From NCBI GenBank assembly GCA_965277405.1, contig OZ255726.1:2016001-2080000 (forward strand): a DNA stretch of 64,000 bases. Reading direction: 5' to 3'. A model generated the notes under the pieces. The model worked only from the letters and a program-made list of their open reading frames with translations. It did not search any database and was not told the origin of the DNA. Positions within the stretch are counted from its first letter, which is position 1. Every line of letters starts with the position of its first letter. This document shows positions 31,055-40,221 of this stretch, one piece after another. Made by a program: the position numbers and the translations under genes. The DNA is from Gammaproteobacteria bacterium. GTDB lineage: Bacteria; Pseudomonadota; Gammaproteobacteria; G965277405.

Positions 31055-32242
31055 TTAGTGCACCATTCCATGTGGGTCGATTACGAATTTCTTCGCTGCG
31101 CCGCCATCAAAGTCAGCATAGCCTTTTGGTCCATCATCTAAGGTAATCACTTGCACATTGACGGCATCAGCAATTTTTATTTTGTCATACATTATCGCTT
31201 GCATTAAGCTGCGGTGGTACTTCATTACTGGGCATTGTCCTGTATGAAAATGATGCGATTTAGCCCAGCCTAAGCCAATACGTATGCTGAGATTTCCCAC
31301 TTTAGCCGCTGCGGTTGTAGCGCCGGGGTCGCCAGTTACGTATAGACCAGGGATGCCGATGCCGCCGCCGGCTCTGGTCACATCCATTGCTGCATTTAAT
31401 ACGGTTGCCGGTTGTTCAACAGCGGCTTCCACGCCGTGTCCTCTTGCTTCAAAACCGACACAATCAACGGTGCAATCGACTTCAGGAATGCCTACTATTG
31501 CAGCGATGTGTTCAGCTAAACTGCCATCTTGTTTTAAATCAACCGCCTCGCAACCAAAGCTTTTTGCTTGTTCAAGGCGATCTGAAATCATATCGCCGAC
31601 AATAACCACTGCCGCACCGAGTAAATAACATGAAGCAGCGCATGCCAACCCAACTGGTCCTGCTCCGGCAACATATACTACCGACCCTGGTTTGACTCCA
31701 GCGCTAACCGCGCCATGATATCCAGTTGGCAGGATGTCCGATAATAACGTTAAGTCGCGGATTTTTTCCATAGCCGCATCTTTGTTGGGAAGTTTTAATA
31801 AATTGAAATCCGCATACGGGACCATAACGTATTCAGATTGCCCGCCTATCCACCCGCCCATATCAACATAGCCATACGCAGCGCCAGATCTATCACCGTT
31901 TACATTTTGACAAATTCCTGTTTGTTGTTCTTTACAGTTTCTGCAACGCCCGCAAGCGATATTAAATGGAACAGAAACCAAATCATCGAGCTCCATGAAT
32001 TCAACGTCGCTGCCTTTTTCGATCACAACACCGGTGATTTCATGCCCCAAGATTAACCCTGCTTCAGCAGTTGTGCGACCGCGCACCATATGTTGGTCGC
32101 TACCGCAAATATTTGTTGAGACAACTTTTAAGATGACCCCATGGTCACACTTGCGTTTTCCCAACGATAGTTTTGGATATTCGATTTCCTGTACTTCGAC
32201 TACGCCTGGTTCGATGTAGGCTATGCCCCTATTAGCAAACAT
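31055..32242 (-). CDS. fdhA: Glutathione-independent formaldehyde dehydrogenase
   Basis: TNICGSDQHMVRGRT, LGHEITG, CGRCRNC, AYGYVDMGGW.GGQ, GIPGLYVT.DP, KKFVIDPH. Confidence 0.95.
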   Translation of the reverse strand: MFANRGIAYIEPGVVEVQEIEYPKLSLGKRKCDHGVILKVVSTNICGSDQHMVRGRTTAEAGLILGHEITGVVIEKGSDVEFMELDDLVSVPFNIACGRCRNCKEQQTGICQNVNGDRSGAAYGYVDMGGWIGGQSEYVMVPYADFNLLKLPNKDAAMEKIRDLTLLSDILPTGYHGAVSAGVKPGSVVYVAGAGPVGLACAASCYLLGAAVVIVGDMISDRLEQAKSFGCEAVDLKQDGSLAEHIAAIVGIPEVDCTVDCVGFEARGHGVEAAVEQPATVLNAAMDVTRAGGGIGIPGLYVTGDPGATTAAAKVGNLSIRIGLGWAKSHHFHTGQCPVMKYHRSLMQAIMYDKIKIADAVNVQVITLDDGPKGYADFDGGAAKKFVIDPHGMVH

Positions 32243-32714
32243 ATTACTCTCCTCGTTTAATGGTTAAAAAGAGCACATCAGCATGTGGCAGGATGCGCTC
32301 CAGCATCCGATACTTTTGCAAGGACGTTGCAGACCATCCTTGATAACGGTTTTAGTATACAATGCTTTTCAGATATGAGGAGTTATTTGCCGCAGCAATA
32401 ATCTCGTTCAACGCGTCCAGCCCCAACAACTCAATCCCCACGGATACATGAAAATTCCAGTGATTTTGAGATATTTTCGCAAATTGCAACACACTCAACG
32501 CCATTGCAGCAGAGCGTTGTTATACACATTCGGTGTTCCGTATATTATTTACGCAGGGAATCGTCGTGGCCATGCTGGCAACGTCTTGGCGGTTCAACAG
32601 GGCGTTTGCGTAATCCTTGGACATCGCAGCAAACACTGTTTGTGTATAGATTTATTGGCAGGAGCTTAATAAGCAAGTGTGTATAAATCCGCTTGCAGGC
32701 GCTGATGTATGGTG

Positions 32715-32904
32715 GGTGGGCAAGCGCTTTCACGTACTATAAGCTAGGTTGCTAAGGTCATTTCCGGATTTGGTTTTTGCTAGACAATATGTCGGGTAAC
32801 AATTTCATAGAGGTTTTACCAATCAGTTGACGCGGTTGGTGGATGGTCGTTAATCTAGGCACACAATACTCACTGAGTGTGAGGTTATCAAATTCAATCA
32901 TAAA
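32715..32904 (-). pseudogene. C-terminal fragment of a LacI-family regulator
   Basis: Minus strand reads IEFDNLTLSEYCVPRLTTIHQPRQLIGKTSMKLL, then after a frameshift TLAT*LIVRES. Confidence 0.8.
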
Positions 32905-33050
32905 TAGTATCTGCACGATAACCAACAACATGTTGAAAAATCAATTATTTACTAATGTAAAAGATCTTGAAAAACACAAAAAAAAGACTAAAAAATTAGT
33001 GTTTTTCGATTATAATATAAATTTCTTATATATTATACATTGGAATACTA
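32905..33050 (+). repeat. AT-rich ~145-bp MITE-like element, family 2, copy 1
   Basis: Ends TAGTAT...ATACTA; first ~105 bp recur at 33555-33654. Confidence 0.7.
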
Positions 33051-33152
33051 GACAGCAAAGATGGATGCCCTCAATATTTTGTAACCCCATAATGCTCATT
33101 TAGCAAAAAATTTACATTGTTGTTTTTTAGCCACTTGAATAATGATAAACAC

Positions 33153-33557
33153 ATGAAAAAAGCATTTTTAATCGTTTTAATCGTTCTAATATTTATCTTT
33201 GTAGTAATTACTATTGCAGGCATTTATAAATTTAATTTTACGAATGATGACATCTATGTTACTAATCATGATGGTGAAGTTGTACCCATTGATGAACTCC
33301 AAGACACTATCTATTTTGATGAATCAGATCAAAAATGGAAAGATGAGTATGGTGTATGTTATAGCTGTACTTTCGAGAATGGATTTAATCCGCATGGGTG
33401 GCTATTGAGCGATGCTGAGGAGTTATTTACAGCAAAAGTTATTGAGGCTGAACAAAAGCACAAGCTTGATTTGAGTTGGCACAGAATTACATCTCAACAA
33501 CAATTAGATCAACTTATTGCGGAAGCTATTGCAGCAGAAAATTATACTACTAAATAG
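33153..33557 (+). CDS. Hypothetical protein with N-terminal membrane anchor and CxxC
   Basis: AT-rich ORF, MKK plus hydrophobic helix, CYSC; stop codon falls in the downstream repeat. Confidence 0.65.
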   Translation: MKKAFLIVLIVLIFIFVVITIAGIYKFNFTNDDIYVTNHDGEVVPIDELQDTIYFDESDQKWKDEYGVCYSCTFENGFNPHGWLLSDAEELFTAKVIEAEQKHKLDLSWHRITSQQQLDQLIAEAIAAENYTTK

Positions 33558-33694
33558 TGTCTGCAAGAAACCAACAACATGTTGATTTGCAATTATTTAC
33601 TAATGTAAAAGATCTTGAAAACAAAAAAAAGACTAAAAAATGAGTGTTTATCGAAAAAAATGCATATTTTTACCGCATTAAACATTGGACATTC
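33555..33694 (+). repeat. AT-rich MITE-like element, family 2, copy 2
   Basis: Direct repeat of 32905-33050 (TAGTGTCTGCA...CATTGGACATTC). Confidence 0.7.
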
Positions 33695-33812
33695 AGCAGC
33701 AGTCCAACCATGGCTAGCCGTTGGCACGCTAACCCCCGATGGTGTATTTTGCGGCATAGCTTGTACTAATACTGGCAAAAACATAATAAAAACTGCGACT
33801 ACGCTGATTATT
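33695..33812 (-). pseudogene. N-terminal fragment of a sugar ABC substrate-binding protein
   Basis: GVSVPTASHGWTAA resembles the GVS.P.A.HGW N-terminal motif; similarity ends at the repeat. Confidence 0.55.
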
Positions 33813-33978
33813 CTATTTTGTTTTGCTATAAATCCCGCTGATTATCTTCAGTAGGGTAGATTTTCCTGCGCCATTTTCCCCCAGCACACCGAGTACTTCT
33901 CCTGCAGAAATAGCTAAAGTTATTTTGTGGAAGACACGCACCCCCAGCGAATTCCTTGACGATGCCGCGTAACTGCAT
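33813..33978 (-). pseudogene. N-terminal fragment of a sugar ABC ATPase
   Basis: [12 protein letters not shown], frameshift in a G run, then [38 protein letters not shown] and a stop. Confidence 0.85.
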
Positions 33979-34009
33979 AATCAGTTGATAGTTTTGCTTT
34001 ACTTCTTGG

Positions 34010-35182
34010 TTACTGGATATTTGCATGGCTTGCTGCAAGGGGGCACCACGCACTGTCGCGAGCGGATGACTTGAGTACGGCAGTAATGAACTTCATTCCT
34101 TCAACACCGTCGTCAATACTCGGAATCAAACCTTGTACAGCGCTGCTATCAGCTCCGGCTTCAATGGCATGAATTGCACTAGCAATGTCCACATACAGGT
34201 TGGCAAATCCTTCTAAATAGCCTTCAGGGTGGCCAGCTGGTAGCCGAGATAGACGGTTGGCTTCTGCTCCAGCTCCGTGTCCTGCACGGGTGATTTTTTG
34301 TGTTGGTTCTCCAAACATCGAAAGCCATAATTCATTTGGTGATTCTTGAGCCCATTCAACCCCCGCTTTTTCTCCGTAAATGCGGATTTTTAGGCTATTT
34401 TCACACCCTAGCGCGACTTGGCTCGACCACAGCATGCCTTTCGCGCCACCGTCAAAACGCAACATAGCATGGACGTTGTCATCTACACGACGGCCGCTGA
34501 CAAAGGTGGTTAACTCAGCGGACACTTGCAGCACTTTTTGACTAGAGATAAAACAAGCTAAATTGAATACGTGGCTACCAATATCGCCTAAACACCCTGC
34601 TTTACCAGATTTTTCTGGGTCAGTGCGCCATTGCGCCTGTTTGTTGTCGTTGACTTCGACATTTTCGCTCAGCCAATCTTGGGCATATTCTGCTTGTATG
34701 ACTCGCAATTTTCCCAATATTCCAGTGTCAACCAGATGTTTGGCGTGCCGCACCAGCGGGTAGGCGGTGTAATTGTGGGTGAGTGCAAAAAAAGCATTAG
34801 ATTTAGTAACTAAAGCTTGCAGCGCCAATGCCTCGTTTAAGTCTTTCGTAATCGGCTTTTCACAGATGACATGAATCCCTTGCTCTAAAAAAACTTTTGC
34901 TACTGGATAATGCATGTGGTTTGGCGTGACGATAACCACCGCTTGAATACCATCGTTACGCTGTTTTTCTTGTCTAGCCATGATGGCGAACGAAGAGTAC
35001 GAGCGTTCTTGGCTGATGCCAAGACGTCGTGCGGAAGTCAGTGCTCTGGCAGGATCAGCAGACAAGGCACCCGCAACCAACTCAAAACCATCATCGATGC
35101 GGGTAGCGATTCTATGGATGGAACCAATAAAAGCACCATCACCGCCGCCGACCATGCCGATGCGAATACGTTGATATATCAT
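34010..35182 (-). CDS. Gfo/Idh/MocA family oxidoreductase
   Basis: RIGMVGGG.GAFIG..HR.A, IVTPNH.H, VICEKP, WRTDP, GDIGSH, PAGHPEGYLE. Confidence 0.93.
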   Translation of the reverse strand: MIYQRIRIGMVGGGDGAFIGSIHRIATRIDDGFELVAGALSADPARALTSARRLGISQERSYSSFAIMARQEKQRNDGIQAVVIVTPNHMHYPVAKVFLEQGIHVICEKPITKDLNEALALQALVTKSNAFFALTHNYTAYPLVRHAKHLVDTGILGKLRVIQAEYAQDWLSENVEVNDNKQAQWRTDPEKSGKAGCLGDIGSHVFNLACFISSQKVLQVSAELTTFVSGRRVDDNVHAMLRFDGGAKGMLWSSQVALGCENSLKIRIYGEKAGVEWAQESPNELWLSMFGEPTQKITRAGHGAGAEANRLSRLPAGHPEGYLEGFANLYVDIASAIHAIEAGADSSAVQGLIPSIDDGVEGMKFITAVLKSSARDSAWCPLAASHANIQ

Positions 35183-35190
35183 GTTCTTTG

Positions 35191-36246
35191 CTAACTCAAA
35201 CCAAGAATGCGTCGGTTGATGTCATCATCAATGCCACTGCTGGCAAAATCATCAAACGCACGGTCTGTCACTTGGATTAAGTGGTCGTTGATAAATTTAA
35301 CGCCTTCTGCGGCGCCAGCTTCAGGATGTTTCATACAGCATTCCCATTCAATGACAGCCCACCCAGCAAAATCATATTGAGTGAGTTTTGAAAAGATGCC
35401 TTTGAAGGCGACTTGACCGTCGCCTAAAGAGCGAAAGCGTCCTGCACGGTCGATCCAATTTTGGTAGCCACCATAAACGCCTTGTTTGCCTGTTGAGTTA
35501 AATTCAGCATCCTTTACGTGCAACATCTTGATGCGCTGATGATAAATATCGATGAACTGCAAATAATCTAATTGTTGTAACACAAAATGTGAAGGGTCAA
35601 ATAGGATATTGGCGCGTGGATGGTGGTCGGTTGCTGCTAAAAATAAGTCGAAGGTGACGCCATCGTGTAAGTCCTCCCCAGGGTGGATTTCATAACAGAT
35701 ATTGACGCCGCAACGGTCAAATGCATCTAAAATAGGTAACCAGCGCTGTGCTAACTCTTTAAAGCCTGCCTCAACCAGACCGGCTGGTCTTTGTGGCCAA
35801 GGATACAGGTATGGCCAAAGGAGTGCACCTGAAAAAGTGGCGTGATTGCTCAGCCCCAAATTTTTTGATGCTTGCGCGGATTTTAAAAGTTGACCGACGG
35901 CCCACTGTTGGCGCGCGTCTGGGTTGCCTTTAACATGATCTGGCGCAAAGCCGTCAAACATCTCGTCGTAAGCGGGGTGAACCGCCACCAGTTGACCTTG
36001 CAAATGTGTTGATAGCTCAGTCACAACCATGCCGTGTGCGGCTAACGTATCAATAATGTATTGGCAGTATTCCAGATCGGTTGCAGCTTTTTCTAGGTCA
36101 AATAATCTATGATCCCAAGTAGGGATTTGCACTCCTTTGTAGCCGAGATTGGATGCCCATTCAACGATGTTTTCCAAACTATTAAATGGTGCTGTATCGC
36201 CTGCAAATTGAGCAAGGAATAGCGCAGGACCTTTTAATGCTTGCAT
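35191..36246 (-). CDS. Sugar phosphate isomerase/epimerase (xylose isomerase-like TIM barrel)
   Basis: KGPALFLAQF, HLQGQLVAVHPAY, YEIHPGEDLHDG, DPSHF, HVKDAEF, EWEC. Confidence 0.92.
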   Translation of the reverse strand: MQALKGPALFLAQFAGDTAPFNSLENIVEWASNLGYKGVQIPTWDHRLFDLEKAATDLEYCQYIIDTLAAHGMVVTELSTHLQGQLVAVHPAYDEMFDGFAPDHVKGNPDARQQWAVGQLLKSAQASKNLGLSNHATFSGALLWPYLYPWPQRPAGLVEAGFKELAQRWLPILDAFDRCGVNICYEIHPGEDLHDGVTFDLFLAATDHHPRANILFDPSHFVLQQLDYLQFIDIYHQRIKMLHVKDAEFNSTGKQGVYGGYQNWIDRAGRFRSLGDGQVAFKGIFSKLTQYDFAGWAVIEWECCMKHPEAGAAEGVKFINDHLIQVTDRAFDDFASSGIDDDINRRILGLS

Positions 36247-36286
36247 AATAATAATCCCATATTTATTTTATTTGAGCGGCATTTTA

Positions 36287-36300
36287 TGTAATCAATTATA
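36287..36300. promoter_or_regulatory. Possible degenerate LacI-family operator
   Basis: TGTAATCAATTATA is two changes from the palindrome TGTAATCGATTACA, about 40 bp upstream of the sugar operon. Confidence 0.35.
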
Positions 36301-36443
36301 TTACACTTCATAAAAAAAACTTTAACAATAATTATTGCAAAGTATTTTGAAACAGCATACTTGAGTATAGTTGTTTTTGTGACCAAGTAAATGCAGACGG
36401 TATTTAAAACCTTAGCTTCGCAGACATAAGCGCAATGTCTTAT

Positions 36444-36747
36444 GGAAGCTCTGATTAAGTCCATGATGGACGAGATGGAGCAACAACGCTGATGAAACTT
36501 AAGCGCAGTGCACAGCTAACATTGGTGGGTCTTGTGGGTCTTGTGGGTCTTGTGGGTCTTGCCAAGTGCAGCAACGACGCAGCGCAGCGTTTTTTCCCGT
36601 CGTTGTGTTGAATATATGATGGTTTGCGGCAATTGCTTACGCTTGCTGTGTTGCATCACTTGGCGTATATGCAACGGTTTGTGCCTGCGGAATGCGCCTT
36701 GCAATTGCAGGTAAATTCGCTCACTCAGCGAGTTAGTCAGATGTTGC
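36444..36747 (-). mobile_element. IS5-type MITE, diverged; outer TIR intact, inner TIR degenerate
   Basis: Begins GGAAGCTCTGATTAAGTCC, ends GAGTTAGTCAGATGTTGC; contains GTGGGTCTT x4 at 36525-36560. Confidence 0.85.
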
Positions 36748-36891
36748 TTGGGGAACATATAAGATAATTTAAACGAAATTCAATACCTTACATATCTTAC
36801 ATACATTACAATAGCAAAAGTAGTGTACGTATTAACTGCCTGTAGCTGTGTACACGCTTTAACAATAAGCAGCAACACAGCGATAAGTTCA

Positions 36892-37021
36892 TAAAAAAAG
36901 CCCCCTTACGCCGAGGGTAAACCTAGACGATGCGAGGGCTTTAGGACGCATTTAAGCGGAGCCTGCGAAAAGAATTTCATTGGTATGAAAAGCTAAGCCA
37001 AACTGTAGTCGGTTAAACTAT
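36892..37021 (-). ncRNA. tracrRNA
   Basis: Minus strand UUUAACCGACUACAGUUU (18 nt) is fully complementary to the crRNA repeat, then a bulge and lower stem UUCAUACC, downstream hairpins and U7; TGnTATGAT extended -10 at 37028-37036. Confidence 0.9.
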
Positions 37022-37062
37022 CGGATTATCATACCACAACATTCATTTTTTACACAAAAGAT

Positions 37063-40000
37063 ATGAAAAAAATACTTGGTATAGATGTAGGAAGCAATTC
37101 TATTGGTTGGGGCTTAATTACAGCAAGTGACAGTGGCTTGTGTAGCGATGTTGTAGCCTTAGGATCCCGTATATTCATGAAAGCTATTCAGGACGACAGT
37201 ACCAAACCTAAAAACGTCCAGCGCCGTACAAGTCGTTTGTTACGCAGGGTTTTAGAAAGGCGCGCTAGGCGCAAAAGAAATTTGGCAAACTATTTAATAT
37301 CGCAAAATTTACTCCCAGCTGCACTCAGCGACAATTTTCACCAAGAAGGCTTATTAAATAGTTTAGGAGACCCATATGAACTACGTGCTAAAGCCTTAGA
37401 CGACCAGCTTAAACCCTATGAATTAGGTCGTGTTTTGCTGCACTTTGTAGCGCGTAGAGGCTTTTTAAGTTCACGTAAAAGCTTACTCGGAGACTTGGTA
37501 GACGACCCTGACATGCAAGCTTATTTAAACGAAGTAGCAGAGGAAAGCGCCCAGGGTAACAGCCAAACAGAAAAAGAGGAAAAGCAGTTTTTACTAGAAA
37601 TAAGCATTTTACGCAACAAAATTATACTTTCTGGCAAGCGCAGCCTAGGTGAATATTTGTTTGCTTTAGTCAATAGTAACAAAAGAAACAGGAAGCATGC
37701 CTTTGAGATTATTCGTACTGATAGAGCCATGTATCATGAAGAGTTTACCCAAATATGGCAACAGCAAACAACCTTTTTTGCGCACTTACCCAACAGCTTT
37801 ATTGAAAAGGTTGAAAAAATTATTTTTTACCAAAGACCCCTTAAATTAAAAAAAAACCGCATAGGAAAATGCTCGTTAGAAAGGAATAAATACCGTGCAA
37901 AACAAGCCACTTTACAAGCGCAGCAGTTTCGATACTTACAAGACATTAACAACCTTATCATTTATCAAGGTAATGCTGCCGACCGCCCACTTACTCATGA
38001 GGAAAAAGAAAAACTTTATAAAATTTTAGAACAACAAAAAAAAATCACTTACGCCGTTATTAAAAAAAAATTAGGGTTACCTAGAACAATCACTTTTAAT
38101 CTGCAAGCAAGTAAGAAAGAACTTCAAGGCAATGAGACTGCTTGCAATATTCGCTCTGTTATCGGTGAAGTCTGGGACAATATGGAAGATTTAGAACAAG
38201 AAAAATTGGTGGAAGACTTGCTGACCATGAAGAAGAAGTCTGCGTTAAAAAGACGTCTGATAAACTACTGGGGGTTTAGCGTAGACGCAGCCATACAACT
38301 TTGTTTGCTCGAATTTACTGCAGGTCATAGTAACTTATCACTTAAAGCTCTTAATAAATTATTACCTCATCTATATGAAGGGAATATGTATAGCGATGCA
38401 AGAATAAAAGCTGATTATGAGGTTACCCAAGAGTCAAAAAACTTAGACCGTCTCGGCAGCCCGCCTGTAACTTGTAACCCCATTGTCAATAAAGGATTGC
38501 ACGAATTACGGCGCTTAGTTAACGCAATTATCGCCCAGTACGGCAAGCCTGATATTATTCGTGTGGAAATGGCTAGAGACTTAGAGCAAAATACTAAGCG
38601 CTACAAAGCAGCAGAAAAAACACGTAAGGCGAATGAAACACGTAATGAAAAAGCAGCAACGCAGTTTGCATCTTTAATGGGTCCGCACCATAGCAAAAAA
38701 CCCTCGCTAAATGACAAAATTAAATATCGACTATGGCAAGATCAAAACAAACTTTGCGCCTATAGTTGCCAAACCATTGCTGCTACGCAAGTATTTAGTC
38801 TAGATACCGAAATAGACCATATTTTGCCGCGGAGCAAATCCTTAGATAATTCTTATCCTAATAAAGTTATTTGTTTTAGTCAGGAAAATCAGAAAAAACA
38901 CGATACAACGCCCTTCATGGCTTGGGGAGGTGACACTGACAAGTGGCGCAATATGCTACAGGCAGCAAATACATGGAAGATTAAAAAGAAGCTTAGAGAC
39001 AATAAGCTACAGCGTTTTAAAATCACTGCAGAAGAGTTAAAGGAAATAGCACGTGGCGCTGTTACTACGCAGCTCAACGATACCCGCTATATTGCACGCG
39101 AAGCCTTAAGTTATCTAGCTACATTAGGTTGCGATACGCATGCTGTAAAAGGTCACACTACTGCATGGCTACGGGGTAGACTGGGCTTTAATTTCTTACT
39201 TAATGTTGATGATACAAAAAATCGTGAAGATCACCGGCATCATGCCGTTGATGCTGTCGTAATCGCTGCCACATCGCGCCAGCTATATCAAAAAATTGTC
39301 GATGCAATAAAACAACAACAACAACATGGTTACAAAGCACCATTGATATTAGATGACTATGCCCACATTCGCCAACGCTTGCTCGTGCTGTTACAACACG
39401 TTACTGTATCTTATATACCACAATACCAGCTAACAGGCGCGCTGCACGAAAGCAGAGGGCTTGGGTTTATCACTGTAAAGGAAGACAATACTGAAATTAC
39501 GGGAACAGTTAATAGAACGGCTGTAGATAAAAAATTGAATAGTAAGCGTGCTTTAAAAATTATTGATAAACAGGTGCGTGAACTAATTTTAGCACAGCTA
39601 ACAGCACATAATAACAATCCCAAAGAAGCATTTATAGACAATAACTACCCTTTGCACAAAGATGGTAAAACCCCCATTAAGCGGGTGCGTATATGGAAGA
39701 CAAAGATATCAACAGAAAAACTCCATGCTACCAAATTAGCCATACATGACCAAGCGGGCAAGGTATTCAAATGGTGTCTTTTTGGCAACACCCACCATGT
39801 AGAAGTCATTAAAGAAAAAGCAACGGGGAAAATTGCAAGTAAATTTATTACGATGTACGCAGCCAGTTGTCGTTTAAAGGGTATTGGGGTAGCGCAATCT
39901 GCTGCGGTGATAACCAATCATGGGCAAGAGTATGAATTTATTATGGCGCTGCATATCAACGACACGGTAAGTTTGCGCATCACAGGCAATGACGAACGCG

Positions 40001-40197
40001 TGTTGTATAGGGTGCAGAAGTTCAGTTTGGATACGAACACTCTTTTCTTGTGTTTAAACGTGGCGGCAACTTTACACCATAAAAATCAACAGCTTAGCAT
40101 GAACATCAACACCGCTAATTTTGAAAAATACCAACCTATGTTACATAAGGTCAATGCTATAGGTCAAGTTGTGCGTGTTATTGCCAGTTATCCTTAA
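37063..40197 (+). CDS. cas9: Type II-C Cas9, 1044 aa
   Basis: RuvC-I ILGIDVGSNSIGW, Arg-rich bridge helix, RuvC-II IRVEMARD, HNH EIDHILP...NKV...ENQKK, LNDTRY, RuvC-III HHAVDA. Confidence 0.98.
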   Translation: MKKILGIDVGSNSIGWGLITASDSGLCSDVVALGSRIFMKAIQDDSTKPKNVQRRTSRLLRRVLERRARRKRNLANYLISQNLLPAALSDNFHQEGLLNSLGDPYELRAKALDDQLKPYELGRVLLHFVARRGFLSSRKSLLGDLVDDPDMQAYLNEVAEESAQGNSQTEKEEKQFLLEISILRNKIILSGKRSLGEYLFALVNSNKRNRKHAFEIIRTDRAMYHEEFTQIWQQQTTFFAHLPNSFIEKVEKIIFYQRPLKLKKNRIGKCSLERNKYRAKQATLQAQQFRYLQDINNLIIYQGNAADRPLTHEEKEKLYKILEQQKKITYAVIKKKLGLPRTITFNLQASKKELQGNETACNIRSVIGEVWDNMEDLEQEKLVEDLLTMKKKSALKRRLINYWGFSVDAAIQLCLLEFTAGHSNLSLKALNKLLPHLYEGNMYSDARIKADYEVTQESKNLDRLGSPPVTCNPIVNKGLHELRRLVNAIIAQYGKPDIIRVEMARDLEQNTKRYKAAEKTRKANETRNEKAATQFASLMGPHHSKKPSLNDKIKYRLWQDQNKLCAYSCQTIAATQVFSLDTEIDHILPRSKSLDNSYPNKVICFSQENQKKHDTTPFMAWGGDTDKWRNMLQAANTWKIKKKLRDNKLQRFKITAEELKEIARGAVTTQLNDTRYIAREALSYLATLGCDTHAVKGHTTAWLRGRLGFNFLLNVDDTKNREDHRHHAVDAVVIAATSRQLYQKIVDAIKQQQQHGYKAPLILDDYAHIRQRLLVLLQHVTVSYIPQYQLTGALHESRGLGFITVKEDNTEITGTVNRTAVDKKLNSKRALKIIDKQVRELILAQLTAHNNNPKEAFIDNNYPLHKDGKTPIKRVRIWKTKISTEKLHATKLAIHDQAGKVFKWCLFGNTHHVEVIKEKATGKIASKFITMYAASCRLKGIGVAQSAAVITNHGQEYEFIMALHINDTVSLRITGNDERVLYRVQKFSLDTNTLFLCLNVAATLHHKNQQLSMNINTANFEKYQPMLHKVNAIGQVVRVIASYP

Positions 40198-40221
40198 ATT
40201 TTGCTAGCTGTACAAAAAATA

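Noticed and set aside
32250-32700. Long region upstream of fdhA as riboswitch or small gene
   Set aside because: No recognisable motif; the short ORFs lack family signatures
32905-33694. Integron attC or dif-module cassette
   Set aside because: No RYYYAAC...GTTRRRY ends, no XerC/D arms and no integrase in the window
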